Below are positions 31,247 through 41,187 of a stretch of 64,000 bases of DNA, piece by piece. The translations under genes and the position numbers were made by a program. The notes under the pieces are model-generated. The model searched no databases. It saw nothing but the letters and a program-made list of their open reading frames with translations, and had not been told where the DNA came from. This DNA is from a bacterium (lineage in GTDB: Bacteria > Bacteroidota > Ignavibacteria > UBA10030): assembly GCA_043803945.1 (NCBI GenBank), contig JAZDJN010000034.1:3190-67189 (forward strand), in the 5' to 3' direction. Numbering within the stretch: position 1 is the stretch's first letter; every line of letters begins with the position of its first letter.

Positions 31247-32572
31247 TCATTCCCTCTCTCTATTCACTTCTTCTTTTTCAGTCGGGTAAAAGATCACTGT
31301 GGACAAATTTTCTTTCACGTAGAGATTCTTTGCTACGGAATAGACATCGTCCGTCGTTACCGCATCAATCTGTTGAATGATTGAATCGATGGGTTTATGT
31401 TCATGAAAATATAATTCTGAACTACCCAAACGAATCATCCTATTCGGAATACTTTCGAGGCTCAGCATCATACTTCCCTTGAGCTGTGCCTTTGTTCGCC
31501 TCAGCTCAGAACGAGAAATCGGCTTCGCAAGAATCTTATCCATCTCACGATAGATTAAATCAATGGAATGATTGATGTGCGATGAGTCAGTTCCGATATA
31601 AGAGCCGAAGACACCTGAATCACTCATCATATGTACATAACTATACACCGAGTATGCAAATCCGTGCTTCTCACGGATATTCTGAAATAAGCGAGAACTC
31701 ATACCATCGCCAAATAGGGTATTTAATACTAGTAATGGATATCGCTGTTTGCTTTTGATGCCAAAGGATTGAGCTCCCAAACAGATATGTGCCTGTTTGA
31801 TTGGTTTCTTATACTCCTGCTGCTCCGCCTTGCGCGTACCCGGCTTTCGCCGCATCAGAGCGCCTTGAGATGGGGAGAACTGAAAATCTCCCAGCAGTGT
31901 TTGTGCCATTGACACAAGGGCTTCGTGCTTGATGTTTCCCGCCGCCGCAACAATCATGGAAACCGGAAGATAACTCTTCTGTACATATTCAAACAGATCA
32001 TCCCTTGTGAACGATCGAAGATTCGATTCTGTACCGATGACAGGATATCCTAATGGATGCTTGCCGAAAATTGATTTATCAAAGTAATCGTGGATGATAT
32101 CATCCGGATCGTCCTCTGCATTTCTCAACTCCTCAATTACTACTCCCTTTTCCTTTTCGAGTTCCCGTTCGGGAAAAATTGGATGTTGGATAAGATCAGA
32201 GAGGACATCGAGTGCCAGATAGGTATGCTCATCAAGCACCCTTGCATAGTAGCATGTATGTTCTTTTCCTGTAAATGCATTGAGGTAGCCGCCGACTGAT
32301 TCCAAACTGCGCGCAATTTCTCTTATGCTTCGATTCTTAGTTCCCTTGAAAACCATATGTTCGATAAAGTGAGAAATACCATTATTCAAAGCGTTTTCGT
32401 CACGGGAACCTACATCAAACCAGAGACCGACAGAGACTGAACGAACATGAGGAATTTCTTCGGAAATGACCCGTATCCCATTCGAAAGAACAGATTTTGC
32501 ATACGTAGAGTGAAATCGTGCACCCTGTGCGGTTGTTGAGGAAGTAAGAAATGACGCCGTTTCTTTTTTCAC
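31247..32572 (-). CDS. M16-family (pitrilysin-like) zinc peptidase
   Basis: Inverted zinc motif HFIEHMVFKGT ... E; 441 aa. Confidence 0.8.
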   Translation of the reverse strand: MKKETASFLTSSTTAQGARFHSTYAKSVLSNGIRVISEEIPHVRSVSVGLWFDVGSRDENALNNGISHFIEHMVFKGTKNRSIREIARSLESVGGYLNAFTGKEHTCYYARVLDEHTYLALDVLSDLIQHPIFPERELEKEKGVVIEELRNAEDDPDDIIHDYFDKSIFGKHPLGYPVIGTESNLRSFTRDDLFEYVQKSYLPVSMIVAAAGNIKHEALVSMAQTLLGDFQFSPSQGALMRRKPGTRKAEQQEYKKPIKQAHICLGAQSFGIKSKQRYPLLVLNTLFGDGMSSRLFQNIREKHGFAYSVYSYVHMMSDSGVFGSYIGTDSSHINHSIDLIYREMDKILAKPISRSELRRTKAQLKGSMMLSLESIPNRMIRLGSSELYFHEHKPIDSIIQQIDAVTTDDVYSVAKNLYVKENLSTVIFYPTEKEEVNRERE

Positions 32573-32693
32573 ATGCTACCAGATGAGTTCAATCATGAAT
32601 GGAAAAAAACTCTAAATACTTCAAAATTACGTGGCAAGATAGCGGTTTTTCGAGGGAGAGTCAAGAAAAGGTCCACAAACCACGCGGCAGAGA

Positions 32694-33377
32694 TTACATA
32701 TATCCCACTGTGTTGGAATCAGATCTCTGCTTGAGCAACGATTTTATTTTCGTGACAACCATATCGATGGCAACAGTGTTTTCATAACCACGAGGGATAA
32801 TAACATCTGCCCAGCGCTTGCTTGGTTCGACAAATTCGAGATGCATCGGCTTGACTGTGGTGATGTATTGATGCATAACAGATTCGATGGATCGCCCTCG
32901 TTCCATAATATCTCGCCGAATTCTTCTTAATAAGCGTTCATCAGCATCAGTATCGACAAAGATCTTGATATCCATAAGATCACGAAGGCGCTTGTCAACA
33001 AAGATCAGAATGCCATCGATGATGATAATTTCTTTCGGCTGAATGGTCCGGATTTCAGGCATCCGCCGATGTGTGGCGAAGTTATAGAGAGGTTGATCGA
33101 CACTCTTATTCTCTCTCAGCATTTGAACGTGTTGAACCATGAGATCGGTTTCCAGAGAATCCGGATGATCGAAATTGATGGCAGCGGGATCCGGGTCTTT
33201 ATATGTCATCAGATCCCGGTAATAGGAATCGTGCTGTATAACGAGAACACGGTCCTTGTCCAACGAATTCAGAATTTCATTGGTTACAGACGTTTTCCCA
33301 GATCCTGTTCCACCGGAGATGCCGATGACAAGTGTGTTCTTCATATAACCCTCAAGGTAGTAAAGAAAGGCATTCAA
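32694..33377 (-). CDS. udk: Uridine kinase
   Basis: P-loop IGISGGTGSGKTS and uridine-kinase-length PRK fold. Confidence 0.85.
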   Translation of the reverse strand: MNAFLYYLEGYMKNTLVIGISGGTGSGKTSVTNEILNSLDKDRVLVIQHDSYYRDLMTYKDPDPAAINFDHPDSLETDLMVQHVQMLRENKSVDQPLYNFATHRRMPEIRTIQPKEIIIIDGILIFVDKRLRDLMDIKIFVDTDADERLLRRIRRDIMERGRSIESVMHQYITTVKPMHLEFVEPSKRWADVIIPRGYENTVAIDMVVTKIKSLLKQRSDSNTVGYM

Positions 33378-33463
33378 CCCGATTGAATATAGAAGTTTTG
33401 GAGTGAAGTATCAATGAAACAGAGGTTGATATCCAAGCATAATTTCCCGATTATTATTCCTAT

Positions 33464-34609
33464 ATGACACTGGTGTTTATCATAGAACTTATATTGTTCT
33501 TGTGCATCGGCTATTATGCCTTTGTCGGGCTGGGGCTTCTGCTCGGGCTCTCCCGTTGTCTTTACAAGAAATCGGATGAAACTCCATTAGTCTCTGTGAT
33601 TGTGGCAGCGCGAAATGAAGAGCACAATATTCCTCGTCTTCTCGGTGCGTTATCTAAGCAGTCCTACTCTCCCTTTGAAATTATTATCGTGAATGACCGT
33701 TCAACGGATAGAACCAGACAAATTGCAGAATCCTATCGAGCCCGTGATCCAAGGATTACCATCCTCTCTGTGGAATCAATGCCAACAGCTCTTCCGCCAA
33801 AAAAGAATGCCCTGCACCTTGGGATCACTCACAGCAAAGGAGAAATCCTCTGCTTCACGGACGCTGACTGTGTTCCCCCTAAGCAGTGGTTGACCGAACT
33901 CGTTGCAGCTTGTTCGCATGACGTTGGACTTGTTGCGGGCTATTCGCCCTACGACACGTCGCTCCTCAACGGTGGGCAAGGAAAAGCGAATCTTTTTTCC
34001 TCCCGTCTTCACCGATTCATTGAATTCGAGGAATACAAAGGAGCACTTTGGTCGGCTGGTTCCATTGGATTACACAAAGGGTGGTTATGTACGGGCCGTT
34101 CACTCGCTTATCGAAAATCTGTTTATGAAGAGATTGGAGGGTTCCGGGATATTGCAAACTCAATAAGCGGAGATGACGATCTGCTGCTTCAGCTCGTACG
34201 GGAAAAGACGTCCTGGACAATGAGGTACGTCACATCTCCAGAGAGTTTTGTGACTACAGCGCCCCCGTCAACGTTTAAAGAATTTATCCAGCAGCGCACT
34301 CGGCATTTCTCAGCAAGCAAATATTTTTCGCTGCCAATGAAACTCTTTTTCTTTACCTACCACAGCGCAAATTTTTTATTGCTCTCCTCACTTGTGTACT
34401 CAATCGTGGCCGGCAGCTCCTTTATGCTTGCTCTCCCGGGATTGCTCAAAATAGTTATCGATGTTATACAATTAAGTCTCGCCTCGAACGTATTCCATGC
34501 AAAATTCTCTGTAGTGGAATCCTTTTTCTATGAGTGCTGGACCATCGCCTATAATACAATCATTGGCCCCTTGGGATTTCTCCAACCGGTTCGTTGGAAG
34601 GAGAATTGA
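33464..34609 (+). CDS. Membrane glycosyltransferase family 2, processive-type (paralog A; QxxRW degenerated to QQRTRH)
   Basis: VSVIVAARNEEHNI, FTDADC (DxD), SGDDDLL, C-terminal TM helices. Confidence 0.8.
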   Translation: MTLVFIIELILFLCIGYYAFVGLGLLLGLSRCLYKKSDETPLVSVIVAARNEEHNIPRLLGALSKQSYSPFEIIIVNDRSTDRTRQIAESYRARDPRITILSVESMPTALPPKKNALHLGITHSKGEILCFTDADCVPPKQWLTELVAACSHDVGLVAGYSPYDTSLLNGGQGKANLFSSRLHRFIEFEEYKGALWSAGSIGLHKGWLCTGRSLAYRKSVYEEIGGFRDIANSISGDDDLLLQLVREKTSWTMRYVTSPESFVTTAPPSTFKEFIQQRTRHFSASKYFSLPMKLFFFTYHSANFLLLSSLVYSIVAGSSFMLALPGLLKIVIDVIQLSLASNVFHAKFSVVESFFYECWTIAYNTIIGPLGFLQPVRWKEN

Positions 34610-35580
34610 AAAAGATGTCCCTGGATCACTCTGCCACAGCCAGCGGCGTTAAACGATATCGTCCATTATTGATAAGGATCTTCATTGGATTTGCAATTCT
34701 TTATGCTCTTGTCTCTCTGATCGATCCGGAAAAGCTACAGACTGCTTTTTCCAACTCAGACCCTCTTCCAATTATTGGGGCGTTCCTCCTGATGGCTCTG
34801 AATATTTTTCTTCAACTGGCTAAGTGGCATTACCTTCTCAAACTTGCTCAAGCATCTTTGGCATGCAGTGAGACGTTCCGTTCGTTTCTGTTTGGCATCA
34901 CAGTCGGCCTTATTACGCCGGGCCAGATCGGGGAATTCGGAGGCAGGGCATATGGGCAAACCTCACTTTCTTCGGCCACAATTATCGGATTAACGCTCAT
35001 CGACAAACTTCAAATTACCCTGATCATAACACTCGGGGGGATGGTGAGTGTCTCATTCCTCTATCTCCAAAATTCTGCTGTCAGGATCGCCCTTATCAGT
35101 GTGAGCTGCTTAGCTGTGATCTTGGTTTTCTTTAATTTACATTTCCTTCGACGCCTGGCGGTGATTCTACCAAGCCGTTTTCGCGATCACGAATGGGTTC
35201 AGGATGGTATTCAATCAATCGGACTGCTGAACGGAAAAAGCTTATTGTATTCCTTCGGTCTGACATCCGGGTATTATCTAGTACTATTTCTTCAATTCTA
35301 TCTTCTTCTGAATGCTTTTGAATCTGTTTCAGTGTGGAATTCCTATCTCGGCTTTGCAGCCGTCATGTTTTTTAAGGGGTTTCTCCCCATTTCATTTGGA
35401 GATTTAGGAGTTCGTGAAGGTACGTCTGTTTATGTGTTTTCTTTGTTAGGAGTACATGCTGCCGCCTCCTTCAATGCATCGGTACTCCTATTTGTATTTA
35501 ATCTCTTGATTCCAGCTTGTGCAGGATTAGTGATCTTTCCATGGCTAGAGAGAAATCGTAAAATTCCCCCGCTTAAATAA
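34594..35580 (+). CDS. Flippase-like membrane protein (lysylphosphatidylglycerol-synthase TM-region / UPF0104-like)
   Basis: 8-TM protein with a GQIGEFGGRAYG-type loop characteristic of the MprF-TM-like family; overlaps the upstream GT2 stop. Confidence 0.6.
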   Translation: MEGELKKMSLDHSATASGVKRYRPLLIRIFIGFAILYALVSLIDPEKLQTAFSNSDPLPIIGAFLLMALNIFLQLAKWHYLLKLAQASLACSETFRSFLFGITVGLITPGQIGEFGGRAYGQTSLSSATIIGLTLIDKLQITLIITLGGMVSVSFLYLQNSAVRIALISVSCLAVILVFFNLHFLRRLAVILPSRFRDHEWVQDGIQSIGLLNGKSLLYSFGLTSGYYLVLFLQFYLLLNAFESVSVWNSYLGFAAVMFFKGFLPISFGDLGVREGTSVYVFSLLGVHAAASFNASVLLFVFNLLIPACAGLVIFPWLERNRKIPPLK

Positions 35581-35595
35581 TTTATTGAATTCTCC

Positions 35596-36729
35596 TTGAT
35601 TATCGCTCTTATCATACTCCTCATCTGTAGCTTTCTTTTTTACAGTTACTTCCTTTTTACAATACGGAGAGGACTCCTTCGTGCTCCCTGTTCCGGTGTT
35701 CCAACACCTCCAATGAATTCTATTGCTCGCGTCTCGGTCATTATTGCTGCACGTAATGAAGAGCTCACCATCGGCCAATGCTTGAGTACAATATTAAAAC
35801 AAACCTATCCCCTTGAGTTGGTCGAAATTATTGTTGTGGATGATCATTCCACAGATGCTACACTCTCTGTGGCCGGAACTGTCTTGCAAGCATTTCCTCA
35901 GAAACAGATCCTTTCGCTTTCCGGCGATCAAGATTCCCATGGTAAGCCTGCAGCAATTGCCTATGGTCTTCAACATAGCAGTTCCGATATTCTTCTCTTC
36001 ACTGATGCGGATTGTCTCGCTTCGCCTTGTTGGATCGAATCTACCGTTGCACACTTTGAGCATGAAGTCGCCTTTGTTGCTGGTGCTGTGCTTGAAGAGG
36101 CCAGTTCAACTTTTCTTTCAGCTCTCTCCTCATTAGAATTTCTCAGCCTCATCACGACAGCAGCCGGGCTCATTGGTGCCGGGAAACCAATCATCTGCAA
36201 TGGAGCCAACATCGCCTACCGAAAAAGTGCCTTTCAGAAAGCGGGTGGATTTGGAGAGCAATTCGGATCATGCGATGATGAGACAATAATGCAGCGGATG
36301 ATACTCAGAAGTGTCGGGACTGTACGTTTCAATTTCGATCCACGATCACGCGTCTTCACAAAATCACCAGCCACAATCAGACAATTCTGGTTACAGCGTA
36401 CCCGATGGGCATCGAAACAGGGGCATTATGAGGATCGGTGCATACTCTGGAAATTACTAGCGCTCTATTCGTTCTTTGTGGTGATGTTGATCTCGGGAAT
36501 TCTTGTCGTGTACGATTCTTCACTTATTCCGATACTCTCCTCTATCGCACTCTTAAAGGCACTCATCGATTACAGAGTGTTGGCTGCCGGTGCAAGAATC
36601 TTCCAGATACGGCTTTCGCTCTTCGACTTTTTCATTGCAGAGATTTTTCACGTTCCGTATATTGCGATTGCAGCTCTCGTTGGTCAAGTTGCTTCAATCC
36701 GCTGGAAGAACAGAACGGTTACAGCATGA
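35596..36729 (+). CDS. Membrane glycosyltransferase family 2, processive-type (paralog B; QRTRW)
   Basis: VSVIIAARNEE, FTDADC, WLQRTRWASK (QxxRW), C-terminal TM helices. Confidence 0.8.
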   Translation: MIIALIILLICSFLFYSYFLFTIRRGLLRAPCSGVPTPPMNSIARVSVIIAARNEELTIGQCLSTILKQTYPLELVEIIVVDDHSTDATLSVAGTVLQAFPQKQILSLSGDQDSHGKPAAIAYGLQHSSSDILLFTDADCLASPCWIESTVAHFEHEVAFVAGAVLEEASSTFLSALSSLEFLSLITTAAGLIGAGKPIICNGANIAYRKSAFQKAGGFGEQFGSCDDETIMQRMILRSVGTVRFNFDPRSRVFTKSPATIRQFWLQRTRWASKQGHYEDRCILWKLLALYSFFVVMLISGILVVYDSSLIPILSSIALLKALIDYRVLAAGARIFQIRLSLFDFFIAEIFHVPYIAIAALVGQVASIRWKNRTVTA

Positions 36730-37349
36730 GAGTACACTGGACGCATTTCGCAAAGGTTCTTTTTCCATCGCTTGTGTGTGAGGGACCGGCGCCTTTTCTT
36801 TATTTAACATTCGATGATGGACCCCATCCAAAGGCAACTCCTCCTCTCCTGGCTGTTCTGCGCAAAGCGATGGTGAAGGCAACTTTCTTTCTCCTTGGGG
36901 AGCGTGTTGCACTCTATCCAGACATTGTTCGTCAGATTGTTGAGGAAGGTCATGTGCTTGGGAATCATGGATACACTCACCGCTCGCTCATGTTCAGGAA
37001 GTCAGTTGAGCAGGAGGAAGAGATAGCAAGGACAGATGATGCGATCAAGGCAATTCTCGGAGACTCACCAAAACTCTTTCGCCCTCCGTTTGGATTCTTC
37101 GATATGCGGACCGTCAGTCTCGTCGAAAAGCAACAAAAACGATTTGTCCTTTGGAGCAATGACCCTAAGGATTACCTTGAGCAGAAGCGAGCGACATTAT
37201 TCGAACGTACTAGACGATCGCTCACAACTCGTGCTATTATCCTTCTCCATGACAATGAAGCAACCCTTGAGTACTTGCCACACACTGTGCAGCGGCTAAT
37301 CCACTATTCCCAGGATCACGATTTTCAATTTTCCTCTTTGTCACTATGA
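36726..37349 (+). CDS. Polysaccharide deacetylase, NodB-homology domain (207 aa, NodB-size)
   Basis: LTFDDGPHP motif 1, HGYTHRSL, LHDN. Start taken at the internal ATG (ATGA overlap with the upstream stop) rather than the longer out-of-context 36438 ORF. Confidence 0.8.
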   Translation: MRVHWTHFAKVLFPSLVCEGPAPFLYLTFDDGPHPKATPPLLAVLRKAMVKATFFLLGERVALYPDIVRQIVEEGHVLGNHGYTHRSLMFRKSVEQEEEIARTDDAIKAILGDSPKLFRPPFGFFDMRTVSLVEKQQKRFVLWSNDPKDYLEQKRATLFERTRRSLTTRAIILLHDNEATLEYLPHTVQRLIHYSQDHDFQFSSLSL

Positions 37350-38440
37350 GCATAGAACTTCTTCTCTGTGTTATTTTGATCTTCTATCTTGCACAAGTCT
37401 GCTTTTTCCTCTATGGAATTACCCATCTTCGTGATGAGTGTTCTTCAACTGCCCAACTTTCTGTTTCTGTAATCATCGCCGCCCGAAACGAAGAGAAGAA
37501 TATTGCACCTTGTCTTGAATCGGTACTGCAACAGACCTATTCATCACATTCGTACGAAGTAATCGTTGCCGATGATCATTCCTCAGATTCCACTAGGAGC
37601 ATTTGTGAAGCGATTGCAAAACTCCATCCTAGCCTCACCGTATTTCTCTGCGTTGATGATGAAACATTACGTGGAAAATCCAATGCTCTGCATCAGGCCA
37701 TTGACAGGGCAAAGAACGAGATTATTCTTGTTACGGATGCAGATTGTACCGTTCCCTCAACATGGATTGAACATACAGTTAAGCGCTATGGGCCAAACAC
37801 AGGGATCGTTGGAGGCGTGACACTTCAGAAATCGACCGATTGGTTCGGAGGGATGCAATCTCTCGATTGGGCATATCTGTTAGGGCTCGCGGCGTCGGCA
37901 GTTGCCCTGAATAATCCACTCAGTACGATCGGCAACAATCTCTCTTTCCGGAAATCGGCGTATGAAGAAGTAGGAGGTTATAAGAAGATTCCTTTCAGCG
38001 TGACAGAAGATTTTATGTTATTCCAGTCAATCTTGCAATTGAAAAAATATTCATGCCTCTACCCGGTCGATTCTCACCTCACCGTAATAACAAATCCGTG
38101 CTCGACGTTTGCCGAACTTGTGAGGCAGAAACAGCGTTGGGGCCGGGGTGGCGTCGATATGAAACTCAGCGGGTTAGCGATCATGGTTATTGGATTCCTC
38201 ACGCATGGAATCATCATCGCCGGATTTATTGCCGGAGATATATTATTTGCCGCTACAGCACTTTTAATAAAATGTATTGCTGATTATAGTTTTCTCCATC
38301 TTACTCTGAAGCGTCTCAAACGGATTGATTTGCTAACGTATTTCTACTGGTTTGAGGCCTACTATATCGTCTATGTGATTCTTCTCCCCTTCATCGTCTT
38401 CCTCGGAGGAAAGGTGAAATGGAAGGGGCGCTCCTATTGA
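37346..38440 (+). CDS. Membrane glycosyltransferase family 2, processive-type (paralog C; QKQRW)
   Basis: VSVIIAARNEEKNI, VTDADC, VRQKQRWGRGG (QxxRW); ATGA overlap with the deacetylase stop. Confidence 0.8.
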   Translation: MSIELLLCVILIFYLAQVCFFLYGITHLRDECSSTAQLSVSVIIAARNEEKNIAPCLESVLQQTYSSHSYEVIVADDHSSDSTRSICEAIAKLHPSLTVFLCVDDETLRGKSNALHQAIDRAKNEIILVTDADCTVPSTWIEHTVKRYGPNTGIVGGVTLQKSTDWFGGMQSLDWAYLLGLAASAVALNNPLSTIGNNLSFRKSAYEEVGGYKKIPFSVTEDFMLFQSILQLKKYSCLYPVDSHLTVITNPCSTFAELVRQKQRWGRGGVDMKLSGLAIMVIGFLTHGIIIAGFIAGDILFAATALLIKCIADYSFLHLTLKRLKRIDLLTYFYWFEAYYIVYVILLPFIVFLGGKVKWKGRSY

Positions 38441-40050
38441 ACTTTTCGCTGGAGTTTTTCACCGCCCTTCCGATCATTCTTTACGCAGAGACACATTATC
38501 GGTTTCCATTCCTTTTTAGCTACCTTTTTAAAAAGGAGCCTGAGGTCATCTTTGATGCTCCGCATCGCCTTGAGCCCAATCAACCGATACCCATTCTCCT
38601 GCTCGTTAAAGATGCAGACAGATTCTCCTGCAACCTAAAGAACATCACATTCCGCTTAATGCAAGATTCAACACTCATCGTCGAACAGAGAGCGGCAGAG
38701 ATTCCCATCATCCCCTCTCAGCCAATATGGTGGATGCTCCTTTCTTTGGATTCACATAGCTGTTCAGGGTGGGTTTCGCTCCAGATCTCATTTACTCTCC
38801 AAACACCTTCCGGTGAGTATACTTATAAGAGTGATAACAATCGGACATCGAGTCATCGCCCCCTGAAAATATTTCTTTCTCGTGAACTTCTCCCACGATT
38901 GCCGAACTTGTATCTTGGCGATGCGCATACCCACTCGAATTATACAAACGATCAAGTAGAATTTGGCTCACCGCTGGAGGCTTCGCGGCTGCTCTGTAAA
39001 GCCATGGGATTATCCTTTTTTGCTGTCACCGATCATTCCTACGACCTGGATGATCGACCGGATAATTATCTTGTGAACGATCCAGATCAGCCGAAGTGGA
39101 AGACTTTTCTTGAAGAGGCAGAAGCCTGTAACGCCGAAGAACGGGAGTTCGTCATTCTTACCGGCGAAGAAATTACCTGTCGAAACAATAATTCTCGTAA
39201 CGTACACCTTCTTCTCTATGGTGATCATCAATTTTTCAAAGGATCTGGAGACGGTGCAGAACGAAGCCTACACACCTGGAGCGAACACAGTATTCCCGAA
39301 ATCCTTCAACAGAAATCATCTGCTTCAGTAGTGTATGCATCCCATCCTTTTGAGCCAATCCCTTTTCTTCAAAAACTCCTTTTAGGACGGGGTGAGTGGG
39401 CTGTCGCGGATCTTACCTCTGAAAGTATCAGCGGTTTGCAAATCCTTAATGGAAGCAGGGATAAAGGATTCTTCGATGGATATCATATCTGGATCCAGCA
39501 ACTTCTCCAAGGGAAAAAACTATTTCTTCTCGCAGGCAATGATGCTCATGGAAATTTTAACCGCTTCAGTCAACTTGCAATCCCATTCATTTCAATTAGA
39601 GAGCGCGATACACAACTGTTCGGTAAAATGCGGACGGGAGTATTTATCGATGGAGAGCTTTCTGCAAATACCTTATTAGATGCGTTACGAAATGGTACAT
39701 CGGTGATCAGTGATGGTCCAGTCGCTGAACTCAATGCCCGGCAACGCCCCAGCTATGCAAAGAGTGAATCAGAATCAAAAACGGTAGCGCTTCGGCTTCA
39801 TGCGGTTTCGAGCGCAGAGTTTGGAAAAATTAGGAGGTTGAATATCTTTCTTGGCATACTCGGAAGTGAATGTGAACGATCCATTGATATTGACGGATTT
39901 CAAGAAGGATACTCTGTGCAATTGGAAAGAGAACTGCCCGTTAACTCTGCCTGTTATTTCAGGGCTGAGGTCGTCACATCTTCGATGGGAACCTACGACA
40001 GCCGAGAACACTTCTGTTACACCAATCCGGTCTGGATTACTCCTGCTTGA
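38419..40050 (+). CDS. PHP-domain metal-dependent phosphoesterase-like protein (543 aa) with an N-terminal domain of unknown function
   Basis: GDAHTHSNYT, VTDHSY, ASHPFE, GNDAHGNF PHP-type His/Asp motifs. Confidence 0.55.
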   Translation: MEGALLLNFSLEFFTALPIILYAETHYRFPFLFSYLFKKEPEVIFDAPHRLEPNQPIPILLLVKDADRFSCNLKNITFRLMQDSTLIVEQRAAEIPIIPSQPIWWMLLSLDSHSCSGWVSLQISFTLQTPSGEYTYKSDNNRTSSHRPLKIFLSRELLPRLPNLYLGDAHTHSNYTNDQVEFGSPLEASRLLCKAMGLSFFAVTDHSYDLDDRPDNYLVNDPDQPKWKTFLEEAEACNAEEREFVILTGEEITCRNNNSRNVHLLLYGDHQFFKGSGDGAERSLHTWSEHSIPEILQQKSSASVVYASHPFEPIPFLQKLLLGRGEWAVADLTSESISGLQILNGSRDKGFFDGYHIWIQQLLQGKKLFLLAGNDAHGNFNRFSQLAIPFISIRERDTQLFGKMRTGVFIDGELSANTLLDALRNGTSVISDGPVAELNARQRPSYAKSESESKTVALRLHAVSSAEFGKIRRLNIFLGILGSECERSIDIDGFQEGYSVQLERELPVNSACYFRAEVVTSSMGTYDSREHFCYTNPVWITPA

Positions 40051-40071
40051 GACAATATCCCCTAAACTAAG

Positions 40072-40095
40072 AACGCCCTCGGATCAGAGGGCGTT
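40072..40095. terminator. Perfect 9-bp hairpin (aacgccctc-ggatca-gagggcgtt) between convergent genes
   Basis: Read directly from the sequence; lies between the + stop at 40050 and the - stop at 40117. Confidence 0.45.
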
Positions 40096-40116
40096 GGTGT
40101 TGAAAGATGCCAATAG

Positions 40117-41097
40117 TTAGTGTCGATGTCGGGCACTCGGGATTGCAAGTCGTTTTAATTTATAGCGGAGCGTTTGCTCCGTCATACCAAGGAATCCAGC
40201 TGCCCGTGATTGGTTAAAGGAAAATTTATTCAGCGCCCGCTCAATAATTCCTTTTTCAATCACATCTAAAGAAGCATCGAGAATGAATTCCTGCCCATTG
40301 ATGACATTGTTGATCATCTTGACGACCTCGGTTTTTTCATCGGCAAGTTCGGGCGGCAATGTAAATTTTCCACCGGAAGAGAAGAGAACGGATTTATCGA
40401 TGACGGCTTTTAATTCTCTAATATTCTCACGCCACGGGTGCCGAATAAGCACATCGATGGCATTAATATCGATTGCCACATCTTTGATATTCAGGTCTTT
40501 GCAAATTTCCGTAATAAAATGCTTCGCAAGCATGGGAATATCTTCTGGCCGCTCACGTATCGGAGGGATATAGATCTTTTCACATTGTTCCAAACGCTTG
40601 TAAAAATCATCATACAATTTATTCTGTGTGAACAATTCTTTTGGATATTTTTTTGTTGTGAGAATTACCTGGACTTCTGCTGAACGTCCTTCCTCTGATC
40701 CCAACCGTTTTGATTTTCTCTCAGCAAGAAAGTTCAGGATCTTAATCTGATTCCTGAATCCAGCTTCTTCGACTTCTTCGATGAACACGGTGCCGCCATT
40801 CGCCAATTCGAATATTCCTCGTTTGGTCGTGGGCGGCATACCTGCGACACCTTTCTCAAAACCGAAAAGAATTGCTTCGAGCTCCCGATCGTCGATGACT
40901 GATGCATTGACACTCAGGAAGGGATGTTTGTCACTGGGTTCACCGTAATGTTCAGCATGGATGCTTTTAGCAACCATGCCTTTGCCAACGCCCGATTCGC
41001 CGATAATCAAGACATCTTTACTTGATCTCGCGACCTTCACGATCTGTTTCTTAATATTGTCTACGGGCTTGCTTTTGCCAACGATCGCTGATACCAT
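40117..41097 (-). CDS. Stand-alone AAA+ / Fis-HTH transcriptional regulator of the sigma54-activator (NtrC) class with a degenerate GAFTGA loop
   Basis: Walker A GESGVGKG, arginine-finger region, C-terminal Fis-type HTH (SRAAGFLGMTEQTLRYKLKRL). The usual EKGAFTGA position reads FEKGVAGMPPTTKRG; no receiver or other N-terminal sensor domain. Confidence 0.75.
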   Translation of the reverse strand: MVSAIVGKSKPVDNIKKQIVKVARSSKDVLIIGESGVGKGMVAKSIHAEHYGEPSDKHPFLSVNASVIDDRELEAILFGFEKGVAGMPPTTKRGIFELANGGTVFIEEVEEAGFRNQIKILNFLAERKSKRLGSEEGRSAEVQVILTTKKYPKELFTQNKLYDDFYKRLEQCEKIYIPPIRERPEDIPMLAKHFITEICKDLNIKDVAIDINAIDVLIRHPWRENIRELKAVIDKSVLFSSGGKFTLPPELADEKTEVVKMINNVINGQEFILDASLDVIEKGIIERALNKFSFNQSRAAGFLGMTEQTLRYKLKRLAIPSARHRH

Positions 41098-41187
41098 ATC
41101 TGATTCTCCCTATAAACGTGATAGATAAAAGAAGAACGTAACCACTGTTCTTATCCAAAGAGTTTTAATACGATCCGTTGAAGAATA

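Noticed and set aside
36438-36725. Long 5' extension of the deacetylase ORF (the 303-aa version in the ORF track)
   Set aside because: The extension overlaps the 3' end of the upstream GT2 in another frame and encodes a Cys/Arg-rich non-domain sequence. The ATG at 36726 overlaps the GT2 stop (ATGA) and yields a NodB-size protein.
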